Shown piece by piece: positions 1-8,575 of a DNA stretch of 64,000 nt. Position 1 is the stretch's first letter. The number at the start of each line of letters is the position of its first letter. The DNA comes from Halorutilales archaeon Cl-col2-1 (GTDB lineage: Archaea; Halobacteriota; Halobacteria; Halobacteriales; Afararchaeaceae), in NCBI GenBank assembly GCA_041891055.1, contig CP169074.1, positions 1,344,001 through 1,408,000 on the forward strand. Direction: 5' to 3'. A program made the position numbers and the translations under genes. The notes under the pieces are model-generated. The model ran no database searches. It worked only from the letters and a program-made list of their open reading frames with translations, and was not told the DNA's origin.

Positions 1-1030
1 ACAACTCCTTCTCAGTCTCACAACCACACTCAGCACACTCTTTCGTAGTTCCTTGTGGTTCGACTTTAACAAGGTGAGTACCAGCTTTCTCGGCTTTGTA
101 CTCAAGCATCTCGATAAAGCGTCCCCACGCAGAATGGCTAACGTTCTTATTCCTTGTACTGCTTTCACTCTCCTTCATCTGAGTAATATTCAAATCCTCT
201 ACGGCTACTACGTCGTAGTTCTCGACGTAGTAGGTAGACAGCTTATGTAAGAAGTCATCACGCTTGTTGCGAATATTTTCGTGTACTTGAGCTAGTTTCT
301 TACGTTGCTTCTCCCAGTTGTTGCTACCTCTCTCTTTCCGAGAGAGGTTGCGCTGTTCTTTCTTCAGCCTATCAAGCTCTTGGGATACGTCAAGACTACC
401 TACGCTCAGTTTGTCAGAGTCGAAGACATAGTTAGTGATCCCTACATCTATACCTACGCAGTCTTTTACTTCTATGTCTTCTACGGATGGTTTTCTGGGT
501 GTACTGTCGAACTCTAGAAGGAAGATACTGTACCAATGACCCGAACTGTAACGCTTGAGTGTAACTTCCTTCACTTCGGCGTTATCGGGTATTTCTCGGT
601 GGTAACGTATGGGTATCTCACCTATTTTACTCAGGTATAGTTTGTCGAGTCTGTCGTCGGTTTCGATGAGATCGAAACCCGACTGGTTGTATGTGAATGA
701 CTTGTACCAACCCTTGCCTTTGTAGCGGAGTCTATCGACGGCTTGTGCTTGGTTTTCTATTCCGTCGTCTTCTTCGAGCCGGGAGATGTTACTGTGTAGA
801 CGGTTGTTGACCATCTGGAGGACTTTCGAGTGAACGTCTTGTAGCTCCGTCCAGTCTTTCTTGAGGTCAGGTAGTTTGTTCTGTTGAGTGGTTTTGTTGA
901 TGAACGGATTGTCTTTGGCTTCTTCGAGTAAGTGGTTGTAGAGGTTTCTACAGGTGTCGAGCGTCTGTTCCAGACGATCTTTTTGTTTTTCGTCTGGATA
1001 TAGTCGATACCTGTAGGAATGCGTGGTCAT
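1..1030 (-). CDS. tnpB: RNA-guided endonuclease TnpB (3'-partial)
   Basis: Manual translation, not in ORF track: MTTHSYRYRLYPDEKQ...VHSKVLQMV...SFTYNQSGF...CVGIDVG (RuvC-I)...DFLHKLS...VAVEDL (RuvC-II)...GTTKECAECG. The frame is open to the window edge. Confidence 0.93.
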   Translation of the reverse strand, partial: MTTHSYRYRLYPDEKQKDRLEQTLDTCRNLYNHLLEEAKDNPFINKTTQQNKLPDLKKDWTELQDVHSKVLQMVNNRLHSNISRLEEDDGIENQAQAVDRLRYKGKGWYKSFTYNQSGFDLIETDDRLDKLYLSKIGEIPIRYHREIPDNAEVKEVTLKRYSSGHWYSIFLLEFDSTPRKPSVEDIEVKDCVGIDVGITNYVFDSDKLSVGSLDVSQELDRLKKEQRNLSRKERGSNNWEKQRKKLAQVHENIRNKRDDFLHKLSTYYVENYDVVAVEDLNITQMKESESSTRNKNVSHSAWGRFIEMLEYKAEKAGTHLVKVEPQGTTKECAECGCETEKEL

Positions 1031-1272
1031 TTTGTCTTTACTTCGTGTATATTTCGGTAGTTAGTAAGAAAAAACTTCGGGTGATGGGAAGCTGACCTGA
1101 ATGGTTGTTTTCGTACTCAGACAGCTGTCGTAAAATCTATGATTCTGAGATGAGTGAGACCCAAGATTTACACATATCCACAAATCCGGAGAGTTTGTGA
1201 CTGTATCCCCCACATACTCGCTCACAGCTGACGCCGTTTGCTCCTTGAGGAAGAGGACTTAGCCTCGAAAGA
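1..1272 (-). mobile_element. IS200/IS605-family (IS1341-like, tnpB-only) element, right part outside window
   Basis: tnpB ORF at 1..1030 in visibly AT-richer DNA. End region 1201-1277 (ctgtatcccc...tgctccttgaggaagaggacttagc...gttaa) closely resembles 8465-8548 of the second element. No tnpA in the visible part. Confidence 0.85.
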
Positions 1273-1292
1273 GTTAAACTCGCGTTCTCGCT

Positions 1293-1649
1293 ATGGGTGG
1301 TATGGACTACACGGTTGTTCTCGAAGGGGCGTGGATTGTCGAGGACGTTGATGACATCGACGATGCGCTCTCGGTTGCTGTAAGTGAGGCGGGTAGTCAG
1401 CTCAACGACGCCGGTAAGGAGTACGTCGAGGTCGAACTCGGCTATCTCAACTGTCCCGCGTGTGGAGAGCCCTTCGACTCGGCGTGTGTCTTCGCCAGCA
1501 CAGCGCTAGTGGGTCTCGTCTTCGAGATAGACGTCTATAACGTCGACTCGGAGGATCACGCTCGGAAGATAGCCAAGAAAGAGGTGGGTCAGGCTGTCTC
1601 AGGAGTTCCCCTCGAAGTCGTCGACGTAGTCGAGAAAGAAGAGGAGTAA
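1293..1649 (+). CDS. DUF555/UPF0212 family protein
   Basis: YTVVLEGAWIV, DDALSVAVSEAG, CPACGEPFDSA and ALVGL motifs; start may be ATG 1302. Confidence 0.8.
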   Translation: MGGMDYTVVLEGAWIVEDVDDIDDALSVAVSEAGSQLNDAGKEYVEVELGYLNCPACGEPFDSACVFASTALVGLVFEIDVYNVDSEDHARKIAKKEVGQAVSGVPLEVVDVVEKEEE

Positions 1650-1685
1650 CCGAGACACGAAGACAGAATTGAGTGGAGAAAGACA

Positions 1686-3362
1686 GTGAGAAAGGTCTCC
1701 GGTACGTATACACATCTGACTCTCTTTTTACTCCTAGCTGGTATCCTCGTAGCCGGACTGCCCGCCGGTGTCTCGGCGTCACCTGAGGTGGTCGAAGTCT
1801 ATCCAGATACCTATGCAGACGGCGACGCGGGCGAGTACGTGGGCATAGACACCGACGGAACGAACCTGACGGACTGGAGTGTCACCGATGGCGAGGACAC
1901 CGTGAGACTCCGTGCACGAGATTACGAAGACGAGGATCGCCTTTACCTAGGGAGTGAGAACGCACAGCGCGAGGCAGGGGTCGATACCGACGCCGGTCTG
2001 GGTCTCGCTCTCGCCAACTCGGGCGACGAGGTACGTCTTGTGAACCCCGAAGGAGAAGCCGTCGACGAGGTTGTATACGGCGAAGACAAGAGGCTCGATC
2101 CGAACGAGGGCGACATACTGGTCAAGGAAGACGGGGATTGGGAGATACGTACTCTCGGAGCCACGGATTTCGAGTACGCCGACTTCGACGCAGACTCAGT
2201 CACCGGGTTCGTCGCACCTGACTCGTCGGCTGAAGCAGTCTCGCGCGTGATAGAGTCAGCCGACGAACGGATTCTCGTCAGCGGATACGAGTTCGACAGC
2301 GAGTACATCGCTCGCCTACTCACAGAAGCCGAGGAAAAGGGCGTCGAAGTCGAGGTCTTAGTCGAGGGGTCACCAGCGGGCGGCTTTGAATCCGACGACT
2401 CGGAGGTTCTGGGTAGTCTGTCATCCGACGGAATAGAGGTCGACGTAGTCGAGGGCGACAGGAAGAGGTACAGGTTCGTCCACGCTAAGTACATAGTCGT
2501 CGACTCCGAGCGCGCCGTTGTGACCTCGGAGAACTGGGTAAGTCACTCAGTCTCGCCCGAAGCGACGGGTCCGAGAGGCTGGGGTATCGTGGTCGAGGAT
2601 GATGAGGTTGCCGGTACACTCAGTCGTGTCTTCCGTAACGACACCGACGAGGACTGGTACTCTGTCAAAAACTGGTCGGAGTCGTCACCGAGCCGTATTG
2701 AAGGAACAGTCGAGGAAGGAGAAAACTCCGAGTACGAGTCTCCGAGAACCGACTTCGGCACCGAGACATTCGACGACGCCGATGTAGGAGTCGTTCTCTC
2801 GCCCGACTCGTCGGTCGACCCCGTCGTAGAGATGATCGACTCAGCCGACGAGACTGTTTACGTGCAGCAAGCGTACATACGTGACCCCGAGACGAATCCC
2901 TATCTGAACCAGGTCGTCGAAGAGGCGCGCGAGGGGACACAGGTACGTGTCCTCCTTGACGGGAGATGGTTCACGCGCGAGGAAAACTCGGAGATAGCCG
3001 ACAGGCTCAACTCGATAGGCGACGAGGACGGCGTCGACATAGAGGCGCGCGTCTCCGAAACACCGGTACACAACAAGGGCGTAGTCGTAGACGGAGAGGA
3101 GGTTCTGGTTTCGAGTATCAACTGGAACCTCAACTCGATAAACAACAACAGGGAGGTCGGCGTGATAGTCGACGACAACGAGACGGCTTCCTACTTCGAG
3201 ACGGTATTCGAGTCCGACTGGGAGACAAGCGAGGACACGAGGACAAGTCCCCGCAGCGGAACGGTACCGGGTCTCGTACGCCCGAATATCGTCGAGATAC
3301 TCCTCATCCTCATAACCGCGGGTATCTCCATCTGGCTGGGTCTGAAGTACGTCTACGACTAG
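1686..3362 (+). CDS. Secreted/membrane-anchored phospholipase D-like protein with N-terminal lamin-tail-like domain
   Basis: Signal peptide, two HxK(x4)D motifs (HAKYIVVD, HNKGVVVD), LANSGDEVRL lamin-tail-like motif, C-terminal TM helix. Confidence 0.85.
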   Translation: MRKVSGTYTHLTLFLLLAGILVAGLPAGVSASPEVVEVYPDTYADGDAGEYVGIDTDGTNLTDWSVTDGEDTVRLRARDYEDEDRLYLGSENAQREAGVDTDAGLGLALANSGDEVRLVNPEGEAVDEVVYGEDKRLDPNEGDILVKEDGDWEIRTLGATDFEYADFDADSVTGFVAPDSSAEAVSRVIESADERILVSGYEFDSEYIARLLTEAEEKGVEVEVLVEGSPAGGFESDDSEVLGSLSSDGIEVDVVEGDRKRYRFVHAKYIVVDSERAVVTSENWVSHSVSPEATGPRGWGIVVEDDEVAGTLSRVFRNDTDEDWYSVKNWSESSPSRIEGTVEEGENSEYESPRTDFGTETFDDADVGVVLSPDSSVDPVVEMIDSADETVYVQQAYIRDPETNPYLNQVVEEAREGTQVRVLLDGRWFTREENSEIADRLNSIGDEDGVDIEARVSETPVHNKGVVVDGEEVLVSSINWNLNSINNNREVGVIVDDNETASYFETVFESDWETSEDTRTSPRSGTVPGLVRPNIVEILLILITAGISIWLGLKYVYD

Positions 3363-4156
3363 TTCCTTCCGAACCCGGGGTACGGCGGCGGCGACCTCTT
3401 GTGTACCGAAGTCTCGTACATCTTCTCAAACCTCTCGACAGTCTCGACGTCTACATCTACCTCATCGGCTGTCTCCCCGACGGATAGACCTCTGTCAACG
3501 AGACATCTCAGGACGTCGTCTATGGTGTCGTAGGTCGCGCCTAGCTCCGACTCGTCTGTCTGTCCCTCCCAGAGACCCGCTGTGGGTGTCTTCTCGACGA
3601 ACTGTTCGTCGATCCCGAGATGGCGCGCGACGTCTCTGACCTCCGACTTATAGAGACCTCCGAGTGGGAGTATGTCGACGGCTCCGTCGCCGTACTTCGT
3701 GAAGTAGCCTATCAGAAGCTCAGTCCGGTTCCCCGTTCCGAGGACGAGGAGATTCCTCTGGTTCGCCTCAAGGTACTCGAAGACCATACGTGACCTCGCA
3801 CGGACGTTTCCGACCGCCTCCTTCTTCGGCTCGTACTCGACTGAGTCGACGAACTCGTCGACTACGGGCTCTATCTGAATCTCCTTCTTTTCTATACCGA
3901 GGCTGTCAGCTATCGAGTGTGCGTCCTTGACGTTGTGTTCCTCGCTAGGCTCGCCGGGCATCACCATCCCGACTACTTTTTCACTTCCGAGAGCCTCGAC
4001 AGCCACAGCCGCCGACGCAGTCGAGTCTATGCCTCCGCTGAGCCCGACCACGACGCCGTCGGCTCCCGCCTCGTCGACCTTGCGCGTGACGAAGTCGGTT
4101 ACTGTGTCGACCGCCTCGGCGGTGTCGGTACTCGGTGTCTCTGTCTCTGTCTCCAT
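3359..4156 (-). CDS. nadE: NH3-dependent NAD+ synthetase
   Basis: GLSGGIDS PP-loop; GNVRARSRM, GTGNRTE, GYFTKYGDG and PTAGLWEGQTDE motifs. Confidence 0.96.
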   Translation of the reverse strand: METETETPSTDTAEAVDTVTDFVTRKVDEAGADGVVVGLSGGIDSTASAAVAVEALGSEKVVGMVMPGEPSEEHNVKDAHSIADSLGIEKKEIQIEPVVDEFVDSVEYEPKKEAVGNVRARSRMVFEYLEANQRNLLVLGTGNRTELLIGYFTKYGDGAVDILPLGGLYKSEVRDVARHLGIDEQFVEKTPTAGLWEGQTDESELGATYDTIDDVLRCLVDRGLSVGETADEVDVDVETVERFEKMYETSVHKRSPPPYPGFGRN

Positions 4157-4199
4157 GATACGACATGGATCTCAGCGTATATAATATATTGTCTCTGTC

Positions 4200-6872
4200 T
4201 CAGTCACTGCGTCCGTGTAGAGCGGTTACGCCTACGACGACGAGGAGAGCCACGATAGCCGCCGGTACTCCGAATCCTGGGAGACCCTCGCCGCCTTCAC
4301 CATCGTCGTCGATTCCGAGCTCTGACCTGAGCTCCTGATTGCGCTGACGTACTGTCTCCGACGTGTTCTTGAGCCTCGCGTTCTCCGACTCCGCAGCCTC
4401 GACACGGCTTTCGAGTCGGGAGTTGGTCTGACTGAGATCCTCGACACGTCTCTGGAGTCTCCGGTTTTCGCCACGGACTGCTTCTATCTGATCCTTTAAG
4501 CTGTCGAGCCTCTGGGAGAGACGTGGTCTCGTCTGGTCGAGTCCCATCTCCCTCTCGCCAACTAGCTCCAACTCAACGGTGTCGGACGAGACTCCGGCGT
4601 TGGCGACTATCTCATAGCTTCCAACTTTGAGTCCATCGGTCTCAACCGTCGTTAGCCAGAAGCCGCGTCCCTTCTGCCATGTGTCGACTACCTCTATGTC
4701 GAACTCGTTCGCAGAGGGGCCGTCGACAGCCTTGATTTCGATGGTGTTCTCGTCGGGATCGAGGTTAGTACTTCCACGTACGACGACCTCCTCACCGACC
4801 TCTATCTCGGGGATACCCTCGACATCGGTGGTCGGTACTGAAGCATTCACAGGGGCGATGTCGTGAATTTCGAGCGAAGGGTCAGTGTAGGAGAAGTCCC
4901 CCGAGTGGACGAGGTCGTCGGAGCCCGTCTCGTTGACCGACTCGGCGAGAACGCGTTCGACGATCTGTGGTCTGTTTGCGTTCGGGAAGACAGTCTCGGC
5001 GTCGTTTATGAGAGAAGTGAGGCTCGACGTGTTCGATGACCGTCCCGAGTGAACACCGAGACCTCCCGAGAATCTTCCGTCACCTATCTCACCGTCACGT
5101 CCCGACGCGATTACGACGAGTTCGAGACGTCCCTGTGAGAATGAGTCGGGTATCTCGATTCTCTCGTCTATACGGTCTCTGGAGCTCAGGAATAGCCTCT
5201 CAGCGTGGGTGGCTCCGAACCTGTCGAAGAGAGCCACAACTACGTCGTCGTTTCCCAGGGCGCTCCCCGAGATATGTACCGAGTCGTCCGAGGTCGACAC
5301 CTCGCCATCAACCGAGTATGTGTCGACTGATAGGCTCGGCTCGACTATCTCGATACTGTGGAAGTCGCTCGTGGCAGTGAAGAACTCGGTGTCGTTGAGG
5401 ACAGTGTAGTTGGAGTACCGCCGCGCGTCGGATGTCTCTATGACGCCTATCGAGTAGGTTCCGGTGTAGCTGAGAATCTCGGAGGCTCTCGGGGTAAGAA
5501 CGTCGGAGTCGTCGGGGTCACTCGGAACAAAACGCTCGACCGACCACGATTCACCCTCGACTAGTGTCTCCGAGAGGAGGTACCAGTCGGACGAGTCCCT
5601 GACATAGACCGAGACCGAACTTATGCTCGAAGATGTAGTTCCGTTCACGTAGGTTCTCTCACCCGGTACGTAGGTCCACGGCTCCTGGATACGTACCTCA
5701 GGCTCGGAGACGTCGAGCGCGGCGGAGTCTATATAGTCGCCCGTCGAGACCTCGTCGAAAGCCTCCGTCTGGGACGAGTTGCCGGCGAAGAGGTAGAAGT
5801 CGACCGACTTGTCCTTGAGAACGCGTGTGTCTATAAGTCCCTCTCCGGTGCTGCCGTCTATTGCTACGGTTGCGACTACGTAGTCGGGAGTCGTCGTGAT
5901 ATTGACGGTTCCGTCCTCGTCGTCGCCAACGAGTTCGAAGACCTCTCTTATGTTATAGCCTTCGGCGATGTCACGCTTCCCGACGGCGACAGAGTGGTAG
6001 ATGCCGTCGTCGGACTCCGTGACAGTGAATCCAACACGTTCGCCCTGTGTAGCAGTGCCGGAGTCGAGTGAGAGCGACGGGTTCTTCTCGGCGACGACGC
6101 TCAACGACTCCGAGGACGACGCGTCACCGAAGGTGAGGTCATCGGAGCCCTCAACTGTAATTTCGTAACTCCCCGTCTCCCATCCGGTGAAGTTGAGACC
6201 CCAGTAAGCGGGGTCGTCTATACCGTGACTCGTTCTTCCGAGACCCTGTGTGCGGTTACTGACATGTTCGGGTTCTCCTGTCGAGACGTTGTAATGGTCA
6301 GTCTCATTTAGCTCGTCTATCTGGGAGTCGGAGAGGTTCTTGTAGTCCTCAACCAGAACAGAATCAGTTATGTCAGTTCCCGCGGGACTGGTTACAGTTA
6401 ACTCGATGTCCTCGGCTTTCATAAAATTCCAGTCCGCCGTGACTAAAACTGCCTCAGTCGTGGCTATTTCACCACCACCTACTGTCCCCATCCCTTCATT
6501 ATAAGTTTCAAACTCCCTCACCTCCGGAGATATTACTTCAGCCTTGTATCCTGTTTCATTCATCCGTTCTGCGTACTTGCCCGTCTCTTGGGCTTGAGGG
6601 ACTGAAGTAGTGATTTCAAACCGTTCTCCTTCAGCAGCTATACCTTCAATACCGTAAAGAACACCTGGAAGATCATCAGGCTTCCAGATTATGTCCTCCT
6701 CGCCTTGAAAAACATCGGTATAAGTTTCATTGTTCAGAGTTATAGTCCGATTTCCGTAGTCCTCATCTGTGAGACCTCTCGACGCCGTAGCCGACCCCGT
6801 GACGACTGTGAGTATAAAAGCCAGAGCCAGACAGACCAGAAGTAGACGTCTCACGTAGGTGGGAGGATTCAT
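4200..6872 (-). CDS. S-layer-like cell-surface glycoprotein with coiled coil and PGF-CTERM (ArtA) anchor
   Basis: Signal peptide from ATG 6872, many N-x-S/T sequons, SGRDG/GSDDL/VRGSTNL motifs of haloarchaeal surface glycoproteins, heptad coiled coil, LPGFG plus TM at the C-terminus. Confidence 0.8.
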   Translation of the reverse strand: MNPPTYVRRLLLVCLALAFILTVVTGSATASRGLTDEDYGNRTITLNNETYTDVFQGEEDIIWKPDDLPGVLYGIEGIAAEGERFEITTSVPQAQETGKYAERMNETGYKAEVISPEVREFETYNEGMGTVGGGEIATTEAVLVTADWNFMKAEDIELTVTSPAGTDITDSVLVEDYKNLSDSQIDELNETDHYNVSTGEPEHVSNRTQGLGRTSHGIDDPAYWGLNFTGWETGSYEITVEGSDDLTFGDASSSESLSVVAEKNPSLSLDSGTATQGERVGFTVTESDDGIYHSVAVGKRDIAEGYNIREVFELVGDDEDGTVNITTTPDYVVATVAIDGSTGEGLIDTRVLKDKSVDFYLFAGNSSQTEAFDEVSTGDYIDSAALDVSEPEVRIQEPWTYVPGERTYVNGTTSSSISSVSVYVRDSSDWYLLSETLVEGESWSVERFVPSDPDDSDVLTPRASEILSYTGTYSIGVIETSDARRYSNYTVLNDTEFFTATSDFHSIEIVEPSLSVDTYSVDGEVSTSDDSVHISGSALGNDDVVVALFDRFGATHAERLFLSSRDRIDERIEIPDSFSQGRLELVVIASGRDGEIGDGRFSGGLGVHSGRSSNTSSLTSLINDAETVFPNANRPQIVERVLAESVNETGSDDLVHSGDFSYTDPSLEIHDIAPVNASVPTTDVEGIPEIEVGEEVVVRGSTNLDPDENTIEIKAVDGPSANEFDIEVVDTWQKGRGFWLTTVETDGLKVGSYEIVANAGVSSDTVELELVGEREMGLDQTRPRLSQRLDSLKDQIEAVRGENRRLQRRVEDLSQTNSRLESRVEAAESENARLKNTSETVRQRNQELRSELGIDDDGEGGEGLPGFGVPAAIVALLVVVGVTALHGRSD

Positions 6873-6919
6873 CTCTGAATAAGTAATGTCCACGTTACAG
6901 GACATAAAATCTTACCGCT

Positions 6920-7090
6920 ACGTATCGCTCGAAAGGATAGTGAACTACCCCACCCTACTCGCTCACCGCTGGTGCGGTTCGCTCGATGAGGGTAGGGCTT
7001 CCTGTTTCCACGACACGCTTTGCAGACACCGAATCGGTGTCCGTAGGGAGCGCAGTCTCCACAGGCGTTGATTCGGAGTGTCCCACTCCT
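6920..7090 (-). ncRNA. Putative TnpB omegaRNA (right-end scaffold plus flanking guide)
   Basis: TnpB guide RNAs are known to derive from the right end and overlap the tnpB 3' end. Hairpins seen (gacaccgaatcggtgtc; ccctac...gtaggg). The 5' boundary is approximate. Confidence 0.6.
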
Positions 7091-8187
7091 ACATCGTCGA
7101 GACCGCGAGAAAGAATGTTCCACGCCGCATTCGCGTCTCTATCCGTCTCAAACCCACATGACGGGCAGGAATGCTCGCGCACCCATAGCGGTTTGTTCGT
7201 CTCCGTCCCGCACGACGCGCAGTCTTTGGTCGTTCCTCGGGGGTCTACGGCAACGAAGTGCGTTCCCTCCCGCTCGCACTTGTATTCGAGCATCCGAAGG
7301 AATGTTCCCCACGCCGCGCCTGCTCGGTTCCGTGAATTGCCCGGCAGTTCAACCAAGCCCTCCGCGTCCAAGTCCTCGACCGCCACCACGTCGTACTCTC
7401 GGGCGTAATAGTTCGACAATTTGTGGAGGAAATCTCGACGCTTGCGTTTCAGGTCGGCGTGCCGTCGAGCGACCGTCTTGCGCTGTTTCTCCCAATTGTT
7501 CGAGCCGTGTTCCTTCCGCGAGAGGCTACGTTGAGCGCGTTCTAATCGCTCGCGCTCGTCGGAGAAGTCCGGTGACTCGACAGCGGTTCCATCAGTATCG
7601 TGTGCGTACTTGAGAATCCCCACGTCGATTCCAACGACCGTCTCAGGGTTCTCTGGTTTTTCGGGCGTGTCCTTGTCCATGTCGATGCCGAACGTGGCAT
7701 ACCACTCGCCTGTCGGTTCTCGTTTGACCGTGACCTGTTTGATGGTCGCGTTCTCGGGAATGTCTCGGTGGAGGTGAATCGGAATATCACCAATCTTACT
7801 CAACCACAGGACAGGCCGACCACTCGTATTCTTGAGTTTGAAGCCGGACTGATTGTAGGTGAGAGACCGATACTCCCGAGGCGGTTTCCACTTGAGTTTC
7901 CCCACGGCACGTCCGTTCTCCTTCTGTGCTTTGAGCGTGGAGAGGTTGTCGTAGACGCGCTTGACAACCATCTGGAGAACTTTCGAGTGAACATCGCTCA
8001 GGTCGTCCCACCACTCTTTGAGGTCAGGAAGCGTGTCCTGTACCTCGTATCGGGCGGGAATGTCGTCTGCCTCGTTGAATTTGTAGAGGACGTGATTGTA
8101 CAGTTGCCTACAAGTATCGACGTGGTGCAGAAGTGTCTCGGTGAGGGCTTCTGGCGGGTTGAGTCGATACTTGTAGTTGTAATGCAT
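6955..8187 (-). CDS. tnpB: RNA-guided endonuclease TnpB
   Basis: YKYRLNP N-terminus; RuvC motifs GIDVG, VAVEDL, DRDANAA intact; Zn finger CASC...CPSC. Confidence 0.95.
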   Translation of the reverse strand: MHYNYKYRLNPPEALTETLLHHVDTCRQLYNHVLYKFNEADDIPARYEVQDTLPDLKEWWDDLSDVHSKVLQMVVKRVYDNLSTLKAQKENGRAVGKLKWKPPREYRSLTYNQSGFKLKNTSGRPVLWLSKIGDIPIHLHRDIPENATIKQVTVKREPTGEWYATFGIDMDKDTPEKPENPETVVGIDVGILKYAHDTDGTAVESPDFSDERERLERAQRSLSRKEHGSNNWEKQRKTVARRHADLKRKRRDFLHKLSNYYAREYDVVAVEDLDAEGLVELPGNSRNRAGAAWGTFLRMLEYKCEREGTHFVAVDPRGTTKDCASCGTETNKPLWVREHSCPSCGFETDRDANAAWNILSRGLDDVGVGHSESTPVETALPTDTDSVSAKRVVETGSPTLIERTAPAVSE

Positions 8188-8313
8188 CTATGACTCTCTT
8201 TCTTCGATGAGTTCGTCCAGTTTCTCTTGGACGAACGAAGAGAGATTCAGATGGTTGTCCTGAATCCACTCCTCTTGGTCGTCACGGATGGAGATGTTCT
8301 TTCGCGTTGCCAC
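8188..8313 (-). CDS. 41-aa ribbon-helix-helix (CopG/CcdA-like) protein
   Basis: Manual translation MATRKNISIRDDQEEWIQDNHLNLSSFVQEKLDELIEERES (GTG start); its stop directly abuts the tnpB ATG; strand-helix-helix pattern. Confidence 0.7.
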   Translation of the reverse strand: MATRKNISIRDDQEEWIQDNHLNLSSFVQEKLDELIEERES

Positions 8314-8320
8314 ACTATAC

Positions 8321-8339
8321 TTTACACAAGTTGTGTAAA
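8321..8339. promoter_or_regulatory. Perfect inverted repeat TTTACACAA-G-TTGTGTAAA, candidate operator
   Basis: 9-bp arms with a 1-nt spacer, 7 nt upstream of the RHH start, next to a TTATTTA TATA-like box on the minus strand. Confidence 0.55.
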
Positions 8340-8405
8340 TAAGGGTTGTGGTTGACGTGGGCATGTGGGCCAGTCGTCGCGGAGTGTTTGGAAGACGATG
8401 ACGGG

Positions 8406-8464
8406 CGTCGTCAGATTCCGACAGAATCTGACTGTCAATCAGAAATAGGAGATTTCTGATGACG
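8406..8464. repeat. Two-hairpin REP-like palindromic element
   Basis: CGTC-[TCAGATTC/GAATCTGA]-[ATCAGAAAT/ATTTCTGAT]-GACG; same architecture as 30309-30362. Confidence 0.7.
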
Positions 8465-8501
8465 CTGTATCCCCTCCCTACTGTGCTACTCGGCCTTCGG
8501 C

Positions 8502-8532
<31 letters not shown>

Positions 8533-8575
8533 GCCTGAAAACAGTTAAGTCTGTGCTCCGTCTAACCCGTGACGG

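Noticed and set aside
53-517. Plus-strand ORFs 53..250 and 305..517
   Set aside because: Antisense shadows of the minus-strand tnpB.
6869-7123. 84-aa ORF over the tnpB 3' end
   Set aside because: Overlaps the IS right end and omegaRNA; no protein-like features.
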